This document shows positions 52,014 through 62,900 of a stretch of 64,000 nucleotides of DNA, piece after piece. Each line of letters opens with the position of its first letter. The stretch's first letter is position 1. Source of the DNA: Thermodesulfobacteriota bacterium (lineage in GTDB: Bacteria > Desulfobacterota > Desulfobacteria > Desulfobacterales > C00003060); NCBI GenBank assembly GCA_034189385.1, contig JAXHVD010000002.1:1-64000 (forward strand), in the 5' to 3' direction. The position numbers were made by a program, and so were the translations under genes. The notes under the pieces are model-generated. The model saw nothing but the letters and a program-made list of their open reading frames with translations, made no database searches and was not told the origin of the DNA.

Positions 52014-53642
52014 ATGTCTGGCCGCAGCAAAAGCGTATTGCTCCTGTATGCTGACAAGTACTACTTGCTCAACCAGGTGTTTCCAGCTGGTCTGGACCGC
52101 ATTTCCAGGCATGTGAGAAAACGCGGTCACAGGGTAGTGATGGCACATCCTTTTCTGCCGGATAGAGATTACAAGAGAAACATCAGAGAGGCTATTAGGC
52201 GCACAGAGCCAGATTGTGTCGGTATCGGGATCCGTAACCTTGATACGTGCATGTCGTGTGAACAATATGGAGACTTCGAGGGACGTGATTATCGAACGTT
52301 CTATTTTCTCCCTCAAATAAAGGAAGTCGTTTTGGAGATCAAAAACACGATTCCTCGCGTCCCTGTGGTGGTAGGCGGGGGCGCCTTCACGATGGCGCCA
52401 GTTGCTATACTCACCTATCTGGGGCTCGACTACGGGATTGTGGGCGAAGGGGAAGAGCCCTTCTGCCAGTTCATAGAAGCCTTTCCTGATGAAGAGAAGA
52501 TAAGGCAGATACCGAACATGGTTTACCCATGCCACGATGGCCACAAGGTGAACCGTCGCAAACCGTACAGCTTCGATACAGATCTAACCCTGGAGAATAG
52601 AGATGACGGATTCGACTTCGCCCTTCAGGCCACAGGGGTCCCAGTCCAGGTAAAGCGGGGTTGCCACCACAGGTGCAGCTACTGCGTGGAACCCTTGATT
52701 GAGGGTAGGCAGTTTGTCTTCAGGCCCATCGAGAGTGTCATCAACGAGCTTAAGACCATGGCGGAGGTGGAGGCTGCTGATCGGGTCTTCTTTGTAGATA
52801 CTGAGTTTAATGTCCCGGATCTAAGGCATGGAACTGCCCTTGTGCAAGCCCTCTTAAGGGAAGGGCTTCATGAGCGCTTCCGTTTTGTCACCCAGTTGAT
52901 ACCCAAACCCTTTGATGGCTTCTTTGCCGCCCTCCTTGCTGAAGCACATTTCTCCGTTGTCTTTTCCTGCGAGAGCTTTTCGAACGCTGTGCTGGAAAAC
53001 AACTGCATCTCCTATGGCGAAAAGGAGATCATAGGCGCTATAGAAGCCAGCGAAAGCGCCGGCCTTCACTCTACTGTCTCGCTCATATTTGGGCTTCCTG
53101 GAGAAGACTACAAGACCATGGATCACACCCTGTCAAGAATGAAGCAGTACCCCGCAGGTCCTCTGCGGGACTACGAGTACACGATCGGCGGTAGGATCTA
53201 CGAGGGTACGCCCTTGTGTGAATATGTTGAAAAGAAGCGCCCCTTAAAGAACCTGTATGGGAAGAAGTCTTTCGGGTATTTGTTGCCCTATTACTTCTGT
53301 GCTCCGGCTAGTCCTTTCAGGGTCCATGAATATGTCAAAGCGGGCTCGTCAGACATGTTGTGCTATCACAACAGATACGACGACGGGGACGTTGAGGAAG
53401 TGGCCATAGGCTATTTGAGCGATCATGGGCTTTGGGGGGATGCTGTAGAGCGTTTTAGGGAAAGTGACGTAAGGGTTCAGTCAGGTATATACGATTATCT
53501 CTTTAAGAAACTCCTGCATTTTGGAAGACAAGATGACGCCGGGGACATTTCCAGAGCCATGTTGGAGAAGATGTCGGGTGCTGGTGCTCAGATTGATTCT
53601 GGGCAGGTCGAGGTGGCTCAGTTCTACCTGAGCCTTTTATAA
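52014..53642 (+). CDS. B12-binding radical SAM protein
   Basis: KRGCHHRCSYC, GEGE, IRNLD. Confidence 0.9.
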   Translation: MSGRSKSVLLLYADKYYLLNQVFPAGLDRISRHVRKRGHRVVMAHPFLPDRDYKRNIREAIRRTEPDCVGIGIRNLDTCMSCEQYGDFEGRDYRTFYFLPQIKEVVLEIKNTIPRVPVVVGGGAFTMAPVAILTYLGLDYGIVGEGEEPFCQFIEAFPDEEKIRQIPNMVYPCHDGHKVNRRKPYSFDTDLTLENRDDGFDFALQATGVPVQVKRGCHHRCSYCVEPLIEGRQFVFRPIESVINELKTMAEVEAADRVFFVDTEFNVPDLRHGTALVQALLREGLHERFRFVTQLIPKPFDGFFAALLAEAHFSVVFSCESFSNAVLENNCISYGEKEIIGAIEASESAGLHSTVSLIFGLPGEDYKTMDHTLSRMKQYPAGPLRDYEYTIGGRIYEGTPLCEYVEKKRPLKNLYGKKSFGYLLPYYFCAPASPFRVHEYVKAGSSDMLCYHNRYDDGDVEEVAIGYLSDHGLWGDAVERFRESDVRVQSGIYDYLFKKLLHFGRQDDAGDISRAMLEKMSGAGAQIDSGQVEVAQFYLSLL

Positions 53643-53727
53643 GGGCATCTGCACGCCTGGAAATCGCCTGTCCCGTGGGTGAAGGAAACAAAATGGGGGA
53701 GAGGAAGCATTCTTTATTGTGGGGAAG

Positions 53728-54603
53728 ATGAAGGAAGCAGTTGCCATTATCGGTTGTGGGATTGTAGGCTCTGCCATGGGAAAACTCCTTGCCAGGGCAG
53801 GGTACCGCATCACAGGTGTTGCTACGAGAAGCCTAGAGACTGCCCAAAGAGCCGCCAGGGCCGTTGGCGCGGAGCGCTTCTCGGACTGTCCTTGGGATAT
53901 GAGCCAAGGCGCCCAAGTGGTGTTCATCACTACTCCTGACGACGCCATACAATCGACCTGTGAGGCCATTGCCTCCCATAAGGGAGTAGCAACGGGCGCA
54001 GTGGTCATGCATTGCAGCGGTGCCCTTTCCTCTCAAGTCCTCTCCTCTGCCAGGGACTGTGGGGCGGCCGTGGCGACCCTTCATCCCCTTCAGAGCTTTG
54101 CATCTGTGGATCAGGCGGAAAGACTGGTGCCCGGGTCTTTCTGTGCCGTTGAAGGCGATGAAGAGGCGTTGCCTGTTGTGTGCCAGATTGTGAGCGACCT
54201 GGGCGGTGTGCTCATGGAGATAACCCCTGAAGGGAAAACCCTGTACCATGCAGCAGCCGTGGTAGCGTCAAACTATCTGGTGCTCCTCATGCATCTTGCC
54301 CTGGAGTTGAACCGTGTGGCGGGAGTGTCTCCGGAACTCTCCTTTAAGGCCCTTCAACCTCTCATCAGGGGGACGCTCAGTAATATTGACGCAAGGGGCA
54401 TCCCTGAGGCCCTGACTGGTCCTATAGCCAGGGGGGATGTGGACACAGTGGCGGCCCATGTGGAGGCCATTGAAGAACAGGCACCTGAATTGCTTGTGCT
54501 GTACAGAACCCTTGGTCGGTATGCCCTTGGCCTTGCCAAGGAAAAAGGAGCCCTGAGCAAGGAGGAATTAGAAAAACTCATTGCCCTTCTTGGGAAACGA
54601 TAG
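53728..54603 (+). CDS. Rossmann-like + DUF2520 protein (PanG-like)
   Basis: GCGIVG, HCSG, HPLQ, YHAAAV and LTGPIARGD motifs. Confidence 0.9.
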   Translation: MKEAVAIIGCGIVGSAMGKLLARAGYRITGVATRSLETAQRAARAVGAERFSDCPWDMSQGAQVVFITTPDDAIQSTCEAIASHKGVATGAVVMHCSGALSSQVLSSARDCGAAVATLHPLQSFASVDQAERLVPGSFCAVEGDEEALPVVCQIVSDLGGVLMEITPEGKTLYHAAAVVASNYLVLLMHLALELNRVAGVSPELSFKALQPLIRGTLSNIDARGIPEALTGPIARGDVDTVAAHVEAIEEQAPELLVLYRTLGRYALGLAKEKGALSKEELEKLIALLGKR

Positions 54604-54729
54604 TTGGCCCACCCGGGCGTCACAAGAAGGCCCAAGTGACATCCTGAATATTGCCCGGCTGAGGTTTTCGTTGGAAATCCAGGATCGAGGATCGAGTATT
54701 CAGCAACCAGTATCAAAAGGCAGTCACTC

Positions 54730-56001
54730 ATGGCGTTGCATAGACTTACCAGCCTTTTTGGGCTTTTTGTCCTCATGTTTCTGGCATGGCTGGTAGCCAG
54801 GGACAAGAAGAACATCAACTTTAGGTTGATCTGTACCGGTTTGCTGTTGCAGTCTCTCTTTGCCTTGATTGTCTTCAGGCTCCCGGCGGGGGTTGTGGTT
54901 TTCTCTTGGTTAAATGATGTTGTGCTTAGAGTCATTTCCTTTGCCAAAGAGGGAACATACTTTCTGTTTGGGCCCCTGGCAGTGGGCCCTGGAGAGACCG
55001 GCCCCAGGGGAGAGACGTCTGTGGGTTTTATCCTTGCCTTCCAGGTCCTTCCGTCCATCATATTCTTCTCGTCACTCGTTTCACTGTTTTATTATCTCAA
55101 TGTGGTGCCAGCCCTGATCAGGGTCTTTTCCAGGATCTTCGCCTATTTGATGCAGATCAGTGGGGCAGAGGCCTTGTGCGCTTCGAGCAACATATTTGTG
55201 GGGGTTGAGTCTGCCCTCACAATCCGACCCTATATCCAGGACCTGACCACATCGGAGCTCTGCACGGTCCTTGCTGCAGGCATGGGCACCATTGCCTCCA
55301 CCGTACTTGCCCTATATGTGGGATTCTTGCACATGGAGTTTCCGTCCATAGCTGGGCACCTTATATCAGCTTCGGTCATTAGCGCACCTGCGGCCATTAT
55401 CATGTCAAAGCTAGTGGTGCCTGAGACAGAGAAGCCAAAGACACTGGGAATAAGCGTGACGGTGGAAAAAGACAGGCGGTCCACAACCTGGATAGAATCC
55501 ATCATCAATGGGGCCAACGATGGCATGAAACTCTGTGTGGGAATTATGACTCTGTTGCTGGCCTTTCTGGGGCTCCTTTCTTTGTGCAACTGGCTTCTGG
55601 GAATAATAGGGAGCCAAGTGTTGGGGATGGATCTCTCCCTGCAAGTCATTCTGAAGTATCTTTACTATCCCTTGACGGTCGTCATGGGAGTGCCTCTTGA
55701 GGACGCAGGCGCCGTGGCCACCCTCCTTGGTGAAAGGACCATCGTTACAGAGGTGGTGGCTTACCAACACTTAAATCAGCTTATTCAGGAAGGGGCGTTA
55801 ACAAACCTTCGGAGCATTACTATTGCCTCCTATGCCCTTTGCGGGTTTGCCCACATTGCCTCCCTGGCGATTTTTGTGGGCGGCTTTTCCGTCCTTGCAC
55901 CCACCAGGGCCAAAGACCTGGCAAAGGTTGCCTTTCGTGCCCTTTACTCTGCCACCGTCGCCTGCCTCATGACAGGCTGCGTGGCAGGGTTGTTTGCCTA
56001 G
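54730..56001 (+). CDS. NupC/CNT concentrative nucleoside transporter
   Basis: AFQVLPSIIFFS, NIFVG, EVVAY and YALCGFAH motifs. Confidence 0.93.
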   Translation: MALHRLTSLFGLFVLMFLAWLVARDKKNINFRLICTGLLLQSLFALIVFRLPAGVVVFSWLNDVVLRVISFAKEGTYFLFGPLAVGPGETGPRGETSVGFILAFQVLPSIIFFSSLVSLFYYLNVVPALIRVFSRIFAYLMQISGAEALCASSNIFVGVESALTIRPYIQDLTTSELCTVLAAGMGTIASTVLALYVGFLHMEFPSIAGHLISASVISAPAAIIMSKLVVPETEKPKTLGISVTVEKDRRSTTWIESIINGANDGMKLCVGIMTLLLAFLGLLSLCNWLLGIIGSQVLGMDLSLQVILKYLYYPLTVVMGVPLEDAGAVATLLGERTIVTEVVAYQHLNQLIQEGALTNLRSITIASYALCGFAHIASLAIFVGGFSVLAPTRAKDLAKVAFRALYSATVACLMTGCVAGLFA

Positions 56002-56413
56002 GGAGCCTTCACAGAACTCCCAATTTTCCCCTGCCATGAGCTTCTTGACCCATCTATGACACCCTTCCAAAGAGCTGGTTGATGATGCGCCCTGCAAAGC
56101 GCTTCAATGCATTGGAAGCAGAGCCATAAGCTCATCAACGTTTTCTCATATGAACAAATTTGATGGATTCGTAAAAACTCGCCACTCCGGTAAAAACCCA
56201 AGTCCAGGCCATGTATAATGGTTTGAATAGACTGGATTCCAGCCTCCGCCTGCCTGCACATTGACCAGATCATAACATTTCCGGTGTTGCCACCCGTTGC
56301 TACGACGAATTTGTTGTGCTGTTTACGGGAAGCTACGATAATGTTATTTTTACTCGGTTGCCAGCCATCAAAACATGGCGCGTTTTTCTGGTACAACCAA
56401 TTAAAATAATTAG

Positions 56414-56845
<432 letters not shown>

Positions 56846-56924
56846 TCACCCTTACTTTGAGCGGTCTGAACCGTTATCTGTGTTGAATAATGAATTTTAG
56901 GAATAGCAGAAAGGAGAAGAGACA

Positions 56925-58352
56925 ATGAAGGCGTGGACAAAAAACCTGATCTATTTGGCAACAGGGATTTTTTTTGCAATCCCCGTGATGGCCTGGGGTT
57001 CAGATGAAGCCCCAACCATTGCTGGCAACGCTGAGGCCATTGCCGCCGTACAGACCCATGCGGACTATCTGTGGACCTTGATCGCTGCTGCCTTGGTCTT
57101 CTTTATGCAGGCCGGGTTTGCCATGGTGGAGACAGGCTTTACCAGGGCCAAGAACGCCGTCAATATCCTCATGAAGAATCTTATGGATTTTTCCATGGGT
57201 TCCATTGCGTTCTGGGCCATCGGCTTTGGCCTGATGTTTGGGGCCACCAGTACAGGGTGGTTCGGCACTTCCGGGTTTTTCTTGAGTGACTTTTCCCCGG
57301 GCGATGATCCATGGGTGCTGGCCTTCTGGATGTTCCAGGCCGTCTTTTGCGCCACGGCAGCCACCATTGTGTCAGGGGCCATGGCTGAAAGGACGAAGTT
57401 TGTGGGGTACTTGGCATACAGCGCCCTTCTGAGTGCCATCATATATCCTATTTTTGGGAGCTGGGCCTGGGGCAGTCTATTCAACGGCAGCGGCTGGCTT
57501 GAAAATTTGGGATTCATCGATTTTGCTGGCTCCACGGTGGTCCACTCCGTTGGCGGATGGGTGGCCCTAGCAGGTGCCATCGTCCTTGGGCCCCGGATCG
57601 GAAAGTACACGAAAGAGGGCAAGATCAAACCGATCCCCGGTCACAACATGCCTCTGGCTGCACTTGGGGTCTTTATCCTGTGGTTGGGGTGGTTTGGCTT
57701 CAACCCTGGTTCCACCACGGCTGCCAACAAAGACATTGCCATGATCTTTGTGAATACAAACCTAGCTGCTGCTGCGGGTGCCATCCTGGCCATGATCACG
57801 GCCTGGATGAAGTTTAAGAAACCGGACGCCGGCATGAGCTTGAACGGGGCCCTGGCAGGCCTGGTAGCCATTACAAGCCCTTGTGCCACCGTCACGCCGA
57901 TGAGTGCCATTATCATAGGGGCGGCTGCCGGTGTGCTCGTGGTCCTCTCAGTGCTCTTTTTCGACCGCATTAGAGTAGACGACCCGGTCGGGGCCATTTC
58001 AGTGCACGGTGTCTGCGGCGCCTGGGGGACCCTGGCTGCCGGCCTATTCAACATGGGAGGGACCTCTGCCAAGATCATCGGGGTTCAGCTCCTAGGCATC
58101 AGCTCCTGTTTTGTCTGGGCCTTTGGGACGGGATTTATCATGTTTAAAGTCATTGAAAAAACCGTGGGCCTTCGCGTCAGCCCAGAGGAAGAGATGGAAG
58201 GCCTTGACTACGGTGAGCACCGTGCCAATGCCTATCCTGATTTCCAGATTAGCAGTCCAGTGTGGGCACCTCCGGCCCCACAAGGCCATGCAGTAGAGAA
58301 AGCACAGGTCCTTTCAGAAGCCATCCGGCCTGCAAGTGAGCCGGCCGTATGA
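56925..58352 (+). CDS. amtB: Ammonium transporter
   Basis: DFAGSTVVH, WFGFN and DDPVGAISVHG motifs. Confidence 0.96.
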   Translation: MKAWTKNLIYLATGIFFAIPVMAWGSDEAPTIAGNAEAIAAVQTHADYLWTLIAAALVFFMQAGFAMVETGFTRAKNAVNILMKNLMDFSMGSIAFWAIGFGLMFGATSTGWFGTSGFFLSDFSPGDDPWVLAFWMFQAVFCATAATIVSGAMAERTKFVGYLAYSALLSAIIYPIFGSWAWGSLFNGSGWLENLGFIDFAGSTVVHSVGGWVALAGAIVLGPRIGKYTKEGKIKPIPGHNMPLAALGVFILWLGWFGFNPGSTTAANKDIAMIFVNTNLAAAAGAILAMITAWMKFKKPDAGMSLNGALAGLVAITSPCATVTPMSAIIIGAAAGVLVVLSVLFFDRIRVDDPVGAISVHGVCGAWGTLAAGLFNMGGTSAKIIGVQLLGISSCFVWAFGTGFIMFKVIEKTVGLRVSPEEEMEGLDYGEHRANAYPDFQISSPVWAPPAPQGHAVEKAQVLSEAIRPASEPAV

Positions 58353-58366
58353 ATTCTGCCATAAAA

Positions 58367-58423
58367 CAGCCGTCCCGTCACTTTGCGGGATGGCTGTCAT
58401 TCCTTTCCCTGAAGGGAAAGGAA
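58367..58423 (+). terminator. Tandem hairpins downstream of amtB
   Basis: ACAGCCGTCCCG..CGGGATGGCTGT and TTCCTTTCCC-TGAA-GGGAAAGGAA. Confidence 0.5.
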
Positions 58424-58524
58424 CAAGGACGTGGCTCATAGACTAGCAATAGCGTTTTTTCGAAGAACCTCATCTGATGAACAGAAAAACAAAAAAGGAA
58501 ATTGAAAGGAGCGAAAAGCGAATA

Positions 58525-59340
58525 ATGAAGAAAAACAGTCTGATAAGGAGCCCTCTAACGGTTGTTGCAGCGCTGATACTCACCGTATCTTTTACTTTAC
58601 CGGCATCTGCTGAGGTGGAGACGCCTTCTGCAGATCTATCTGTTGCTGTCCTGAGCGCTTACATCTGGCGCGGCCTGGAGTTGAGCAACGACAGCATCGT
58701 CATTCAGCCCTCTATGACAGTGGGCTACAAGGGTTTTTCCGCCAACGTTTGGGGAAACCTGGACACCGATCCCCACGAGAATCTGGGAGGCGGGACGAAC
58801 AACTGGAATGAGACGGATTTCACCTTGGCCTATGGAAAGGACTTCGGGTCTTTGAGCTCGGAGCTCGGCTACATCTATTATGCCTTGAACGGCGAGGAAG
58901 ATATCGACGATTCCCAGGAGCTATACCTAAGCCTCGGTTTGGATACGGTGCTCTCTCCCACATTGACAATCTATAGGGAGTTTGCACACTACCCAGGCTG
59001 GTACATCCTCTTGGGGATCTCTCATGCCTTTGAACTGAAAGACAACATCTCTTTGGAGCTTGCCGGATCTGTGAGCTACCTCTCGGGTGACGAGGAAGAT
59101 GATTACCCGGAGTACGATGACGATGGGATGGAAACAGGAGACGAGTTCAACAATCTCCATGACGCCACAATTTCCGCAAGCCTTCCCATCGCGGTGACAG
59201 AATATGTCACTGTCACTCCCTCCATTACATACGTCTTTCCTCTCTCAAGCGATGCTGAAGACCGCATGGAGGCCCTAAGCGTTGAGGGAGACAAAAAGGA
59301 CTTCTTCTACGGAGGGGTGACAGCCAGCTTTGCGTTCTAA
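58525..59340 (+). CDS. Outer-membrane protein, TIGR02001/Gcw_chp-like putative porin
   Basis: Signal peptide, SAYIWRG, IQPS, ETDFT, terminal Phe. Confidence 0.8.
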   Translation: MKKNSLIRSPLTVVAALILTVSFTLPASAEVETPSADLSVAVLSAYIWRGLELSNDSIVIQPSMTVGYKGFSANVWGNLDTDPHENLGGGTNNWNETDFTLAYGKDFGSLSSELGYIYYALNGEEDIDDSQELYLSLGLDTVLSPTLTIYREFAHYPGWYILLGISHAFELKDNISLELAGSVSYLSGDEEDDYPEYDDDGMETGDEFNNLHDATISASLPIAVTEYVTVTPSITYVFPLSSDAEDRMEALSVEGDKKDFFYGGVTASFAF

Positions 59341-59529
59341 CTTGTTAGGTCTGTGGGCCTTGGACTGCGCGGTCTAGGGAGAGGTGGTGGTGCGGCCCCT
59401 TTAAGTCCCCGTCGATTCATCAGAGAATTCTGGGGGCCGCACCACAACACCGAGGAGAGCTGGTGCCTTGTACAAGGCCAAAGGCGGACAACAATGCTAA
59501 GCTACTTACTTGGCGGGAGACTTTGACCC

Positions 59530-60309
59530 ATGTCCATGGATTTTCTTGTCTTACAACACCTGTCCTGGGAAGGACCGGGGAGACATCTGATCCGCGCCGC
59601 CAAAAAGCACGGCGCCCATCTCCACATGGTGAAGGTCTGGCGCGAACCCATCCCTGACGTGGGGGGGTATGACGGGCTCATTGTATTGGGAGGCAGTCCC
59701 AATGTGGATCAGGAAGAAGCCTATCCCTTTCTAAGGGCCGAGAAAGAACGTATTCGCCGTGTCATAGATGAAGAGATGGCCTATCTGGGGTTTTGCCTGG
59801 GCCATCAGCTTCTGGCCCATGCCCTGGGCGCAAGGGTCGGTCCCAACTTCTGCAGGAGCGTGGGCTTCACCCTGGGCCATCTTACCAAGGAAGGCCGGAA
59901 ACATCCGGTCTTCAAAGACTCGCCCCGGTCTTTTCAGCTCTTCAAGTGGCATTCCCAGGCGGTGTTGCCGCCTGTCCCCAAGGAAGTGGAGGTCCTTGTC
60001 ACTTCCCCGGCCTGTCAGGTAGAGGCCATCTCCGTCCAGGGGCGACCCCATGTCCTGGGCCTTCAGTTTGACAATCAGTCTGCCACGGTTTCCGATATTC
60101 GCCTTTGGCTTGAAGCAGACGAGGAATGGCTGTCCCAGCCTCCGGGCATCGATCCAACAGCCGTGCTTAGAGACGCTTCAAGATACCAGACAGCAGTGGG
60201 TTTGCAGTTTCAAACCCTTTTCAGCAACTACCTCAACTTGATTTCACGATACCCCAAAAGACTCTCTGTTACCTCAGAAGCGTCCATGCCAGAGGCACCC
60301 ATGGCTTAA
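59530..60309 (+). CDS. Type 1 glutamine amidotransferase-like protein
   Basis: LGGS and GFCLGHQLL motifs; QFDNQ replaces QFHPE. Confidence 0.88.
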   Translation: MSMDFLVLQHLSWEGPGRHLIRAAKKHGAHLHMVKVWREPIPDVGGYDGLIVLGGSPNVDQEEAYPFLRAEKERIRRVIDEEMAYLGFCLGHQLLAHALGARVGPNFCRSVGFTLGHLTKEGRKHPVFKDSPRSFQLFKWHSQAVLPPVPKEVEVLVTSPACQVEAISVQGRPHVLGLQFDNQSATVSDIRLWLEADEEWLSQPPGIDPTAVLRDASRYQTAVGLQFQTLFSNYLNLISRYPKRLSVTSEASMPEAPMA

Positions 60310-60672
60310 GAGAAAGACTGCCATGCTCAGGAAGGTGGCGGTCAGTCTCGTGAAGAGAGCACGAGACCATGCCTTGCCAGTGACAGGGGAAAGGATTGCC
60401 AGATGCCTATGGACTGTGGTATGTTCATATACGTCTTGTTCATGGATGTATGGTCGGGTGACCCCCTTTCTTATCAAAAGGGTTCGGGGTCGGCGTGATC
60501 GGACAGGGAGGCGTGATACCTTCTCGTCTCTGCCGGGATGTAGAGACTGAGGTGCTGTGGAAGTATAACGCGAGCTGGGGAATCTGAAAAGGAAGGGGGA
60601 TGGAGCAGGGGGATTAGGGATACCAAGGTGCTGGGGAAGACCAGAAAAGGGTTTTTCAAAGGGAGGACCTGA

Positions 60673-61164
60673 ATGAGTTACCCCAAATCAGAGTTCCTGA
60701 AAGAGAACATACTCATCTTGTTGAGCAGGTACGATCTTTTTTACTGCAAGGGCAGGGATTGTATCGAATACTTCATTGAAGACAGAAACAGCCACGAGCA
60801 GATCTCCTACGATGTCATATTGTGTCTGGATAGGCCCGCAAGAAGGCTTATCGTTCGCAGGTTCTGTCCGGAACTCTACAAGCAGGTCGGGTGCCACTAC
60901 CTTTCTGCTGCATGCTTCTATGTTCTCGTCCATCATTTTGCCCACGAGTATGACCTTCCAACGGACTATTCCATCTGTCTTGAAACGCGTCGCGAAACGT
61001 ATCGGCAGTTCTTTTCCCTGCTAAGAGATTTTCACCTTGAAATAACCACAGCGAAACTGGGGGTGGCCGTTGAGGTATGTGGGGACTATCCTGACATCGA
61101 CATAGACACTTCCATGCTACGGAAAACCCAAGTTGAAGCGCAAGACCTCCCCTTTCCGGTCTGA
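60673..61164 (+). CDS. Hypothetical protein
   Basis: GGAGG RBS, 163-aa ORF. Confidence 0.65.
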   Translation: MSYPKSEFLKENILILLSRYDLFYCKGRDCIEYFIEDRNSHEQISYDVILCLDRPARRLIVRRFCPELYKQVGCHYLSAACFYVLVHHFAHEYDLPTDYSICLETRRETYRQFFSLLRDFHLEITTAKLGVAVEVCGDYPDIDIDTSMLRKTQVEAQDLPFPV

Positions 61165-61193
61165 GACGGCCATGCTGACAGTCCCTTTCAGCC

Positions 61194-62159
61194 TTACCGC
61201 TTGATAAGGCCGTGCTCAATAAGGTACTTCTCGGCCACCTCCCTTGGTTCCATTCTCTCAATATCTACCTTGGCGTTCAACTGCTGCCATACACCCTGGC
61301 ACTTGCCAACGATCACCGGACTGGCTGGTTTCCCTCCCCCAGGAAAAGTGGCGACCAATCCATTGATGATGTCAGCCATCTCCGGATACTTGTCCAGTGC
61401 ATCCTTGCGGATATAGGGCGTCAAATCGTATGGGGGAAAAAAGGACTTGTCGTCTCTATATATGTGCCAGCCGTATTTGGCGATAGAGGCGTCTGTGCCA
61501 AAGACCATAGCTATGTCCGCCTTATGTTCCCTCAAGGCAATGAGTGAAGCCCCGGGTGTTCCCGCCTTCAGGGTACTTTTTGCTGCCTTAAAGCCATAAA
61601 ACTTCTCGAGGGCTGACAGGCCGTCTGGGCGGATGGAGAATTCAAAGTTGACAAAGGTCTCTATCTTGCCGTCCTTCTTTTCATACAGCCCTGCCAAATC
61701 GCTCAGGGTGGCTACTTGGTGTTTCGTGGCAAATCCAGGCCACGATGCCATGGCATAGGTGTTGTTGTTCCATGTGGGATGAAGCCATATGAACTGATTG
61801 CCCTTTTCTTTCTCCTTTACAAGGTAGTAGAGCTGGTTGTTGTCAGTTCCAGGCTCGTACTGGTGCTTGAGGTGAACCATCCAGGCTGTCCCAGTATAGT
61901 CAGCACAGAGATCAATGTCGCCCGATTCCATGCCCCCTCTAAGGGCCATGGAAGTGAGGTCAGACCTCAGATCCACCTTGAAGCCACGGTCTTCCAATAG
62001 TTGCTTCATCAGTTCACCAATAATATACTGCTCGGTGAAGTTCTTGTTCCCCACGGTTACTCTTTTATCCGTTGCCCCGGCCGGCACGGGACCCGGTATC
62101 AGTGCAATCGTTATGGCCCAGAGAAGGGTACAAAAAATGCGTTTAAGCTTTACTCCCAT
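61194..62159 (-). CDS. Osmoprotectant (glycine betaine/choline) ABC substrate-binding protein
   Basis: KNFTEQ, YTGT, NNTY and FFPPY motifs. Confidence 0.93.
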   Translation of the reverse strand: MGVKLKRIFCTLLWAITIALIPGPVPAGATDKRVTVGNKNFTEQYIIGELMKQLLEDRGFKVDLRSDLTSMALRGGMESGDIDLCADYTGTAWMVHLKHQYEPGTDNNQLYYLVKEKEKGNQFIWLHPTWNNNTYAMASWPGFATKHQVATLSDLAGLYEKKDGKIETFVNFEFSIRPDGLSALEKFYGFKAAKSTLKAGTPGASLIALREHKADIAMVFGTDASIAKYGWHIYRDDKSFFPPYDLTPYIRKDALDKYPEMADIINGLVATFPGGGKPASPVIVGKCQGVWQQLNAKVDIERMEPREVAEKYLIEHGLIKR

Positions 62160-62171
62160 GTCTCACTATCC

Positions 62172-62900
62172 TTAAAAACTTTCGGGTTCAATCCTTAGGC
62201 CCCTTGGAGTCATCCTCCGTTCCGCCAGCTCCAGAACTAGGCCCAGTGCGATGGCCATGGCTGCAGTGGGGGCTGCTCCCTGGAGGATGATTAAAGGCTC
62301 TCGAGCGAACACCCCTGTCAATGTAATCTTTCCCAAGCCTTCCCCGCCCACAAGAACGGCCAGCTCCGCTGTGCCAACGGTGATGACGGTGGAGACTCTA
62401 ATCCCTGCCATGATGACCGGTCTTGCCAGAGGGAGCTCTATTCTTCGGGCGATTTGTATCCCTGTGAGCCCCATCCCCTGGGCAGCTTCTATGACTGCAG
62501 GATCAATAGATTTGATACTTGTGTAAGCATTGCGCAAGATAGGGAGCAGTCCATAGATGACCAACGCCACAATGGCTGACTGCAGGCCAAAACCGAGAAG
62601 TGGGGCCATGACCGCAATGACAGCCAGGCTGGGGATGGTCTGCCCGATGTTTGCCCCGCCAATCACAGGAAGGACAAGTGGTGAAAAAACCGGTCGAGCC
62701 ACCAGGACTCCAAGGGGAACACTTATAGCAGTGGCTATGACGACGGCGATGAATACCATCTTGAAGTGAGCCCATGCGCTGTGGAGCAGATCACTGTAGG
62801 TAAAGGTGCTATAGATTCCCACCTTGCCCAAGCTCGTCACCCAGAGGGTAGCTCCCAAGAGAAGCGTCAAGAGGGCAAATAGAATCACCTGATGTCTCAT
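62172..62900 (-). CDS. Osmoprotectant ABC permease
   Basis: QTIPSLA, EAAQGMG and ELPLA motifs. Confidence 0.93.
   Translation of the reverse strand: MRHQVILFALLTLLLGATLWVTSLGKVGIYSTFTYSDLLHSAWAHFKMVFIAVVIATAISVPLGVLVARPVFSPLVLPVIGGANIGQTIPSLAVIAVMAPLLGFGLQSAIVALVIYGLLPILRNAYTSIKSIDPAVIEAAQGMGLTGIQIARRIELPLARPVIMAGIRVSTVITVGTAELAVLVGGEGLGKITLTGVFAREPLIILQGAAPTAAMAIALGLVLELAERRMTPRGLRIEPESF

Noticed and set aside
54675..54716. Short heptamer-like repeats (ATCCAGG ATCGAGG ATCGAGT)
   Set aside because: Only a few degenerate units in an intergenic spacer, with no supportable function.
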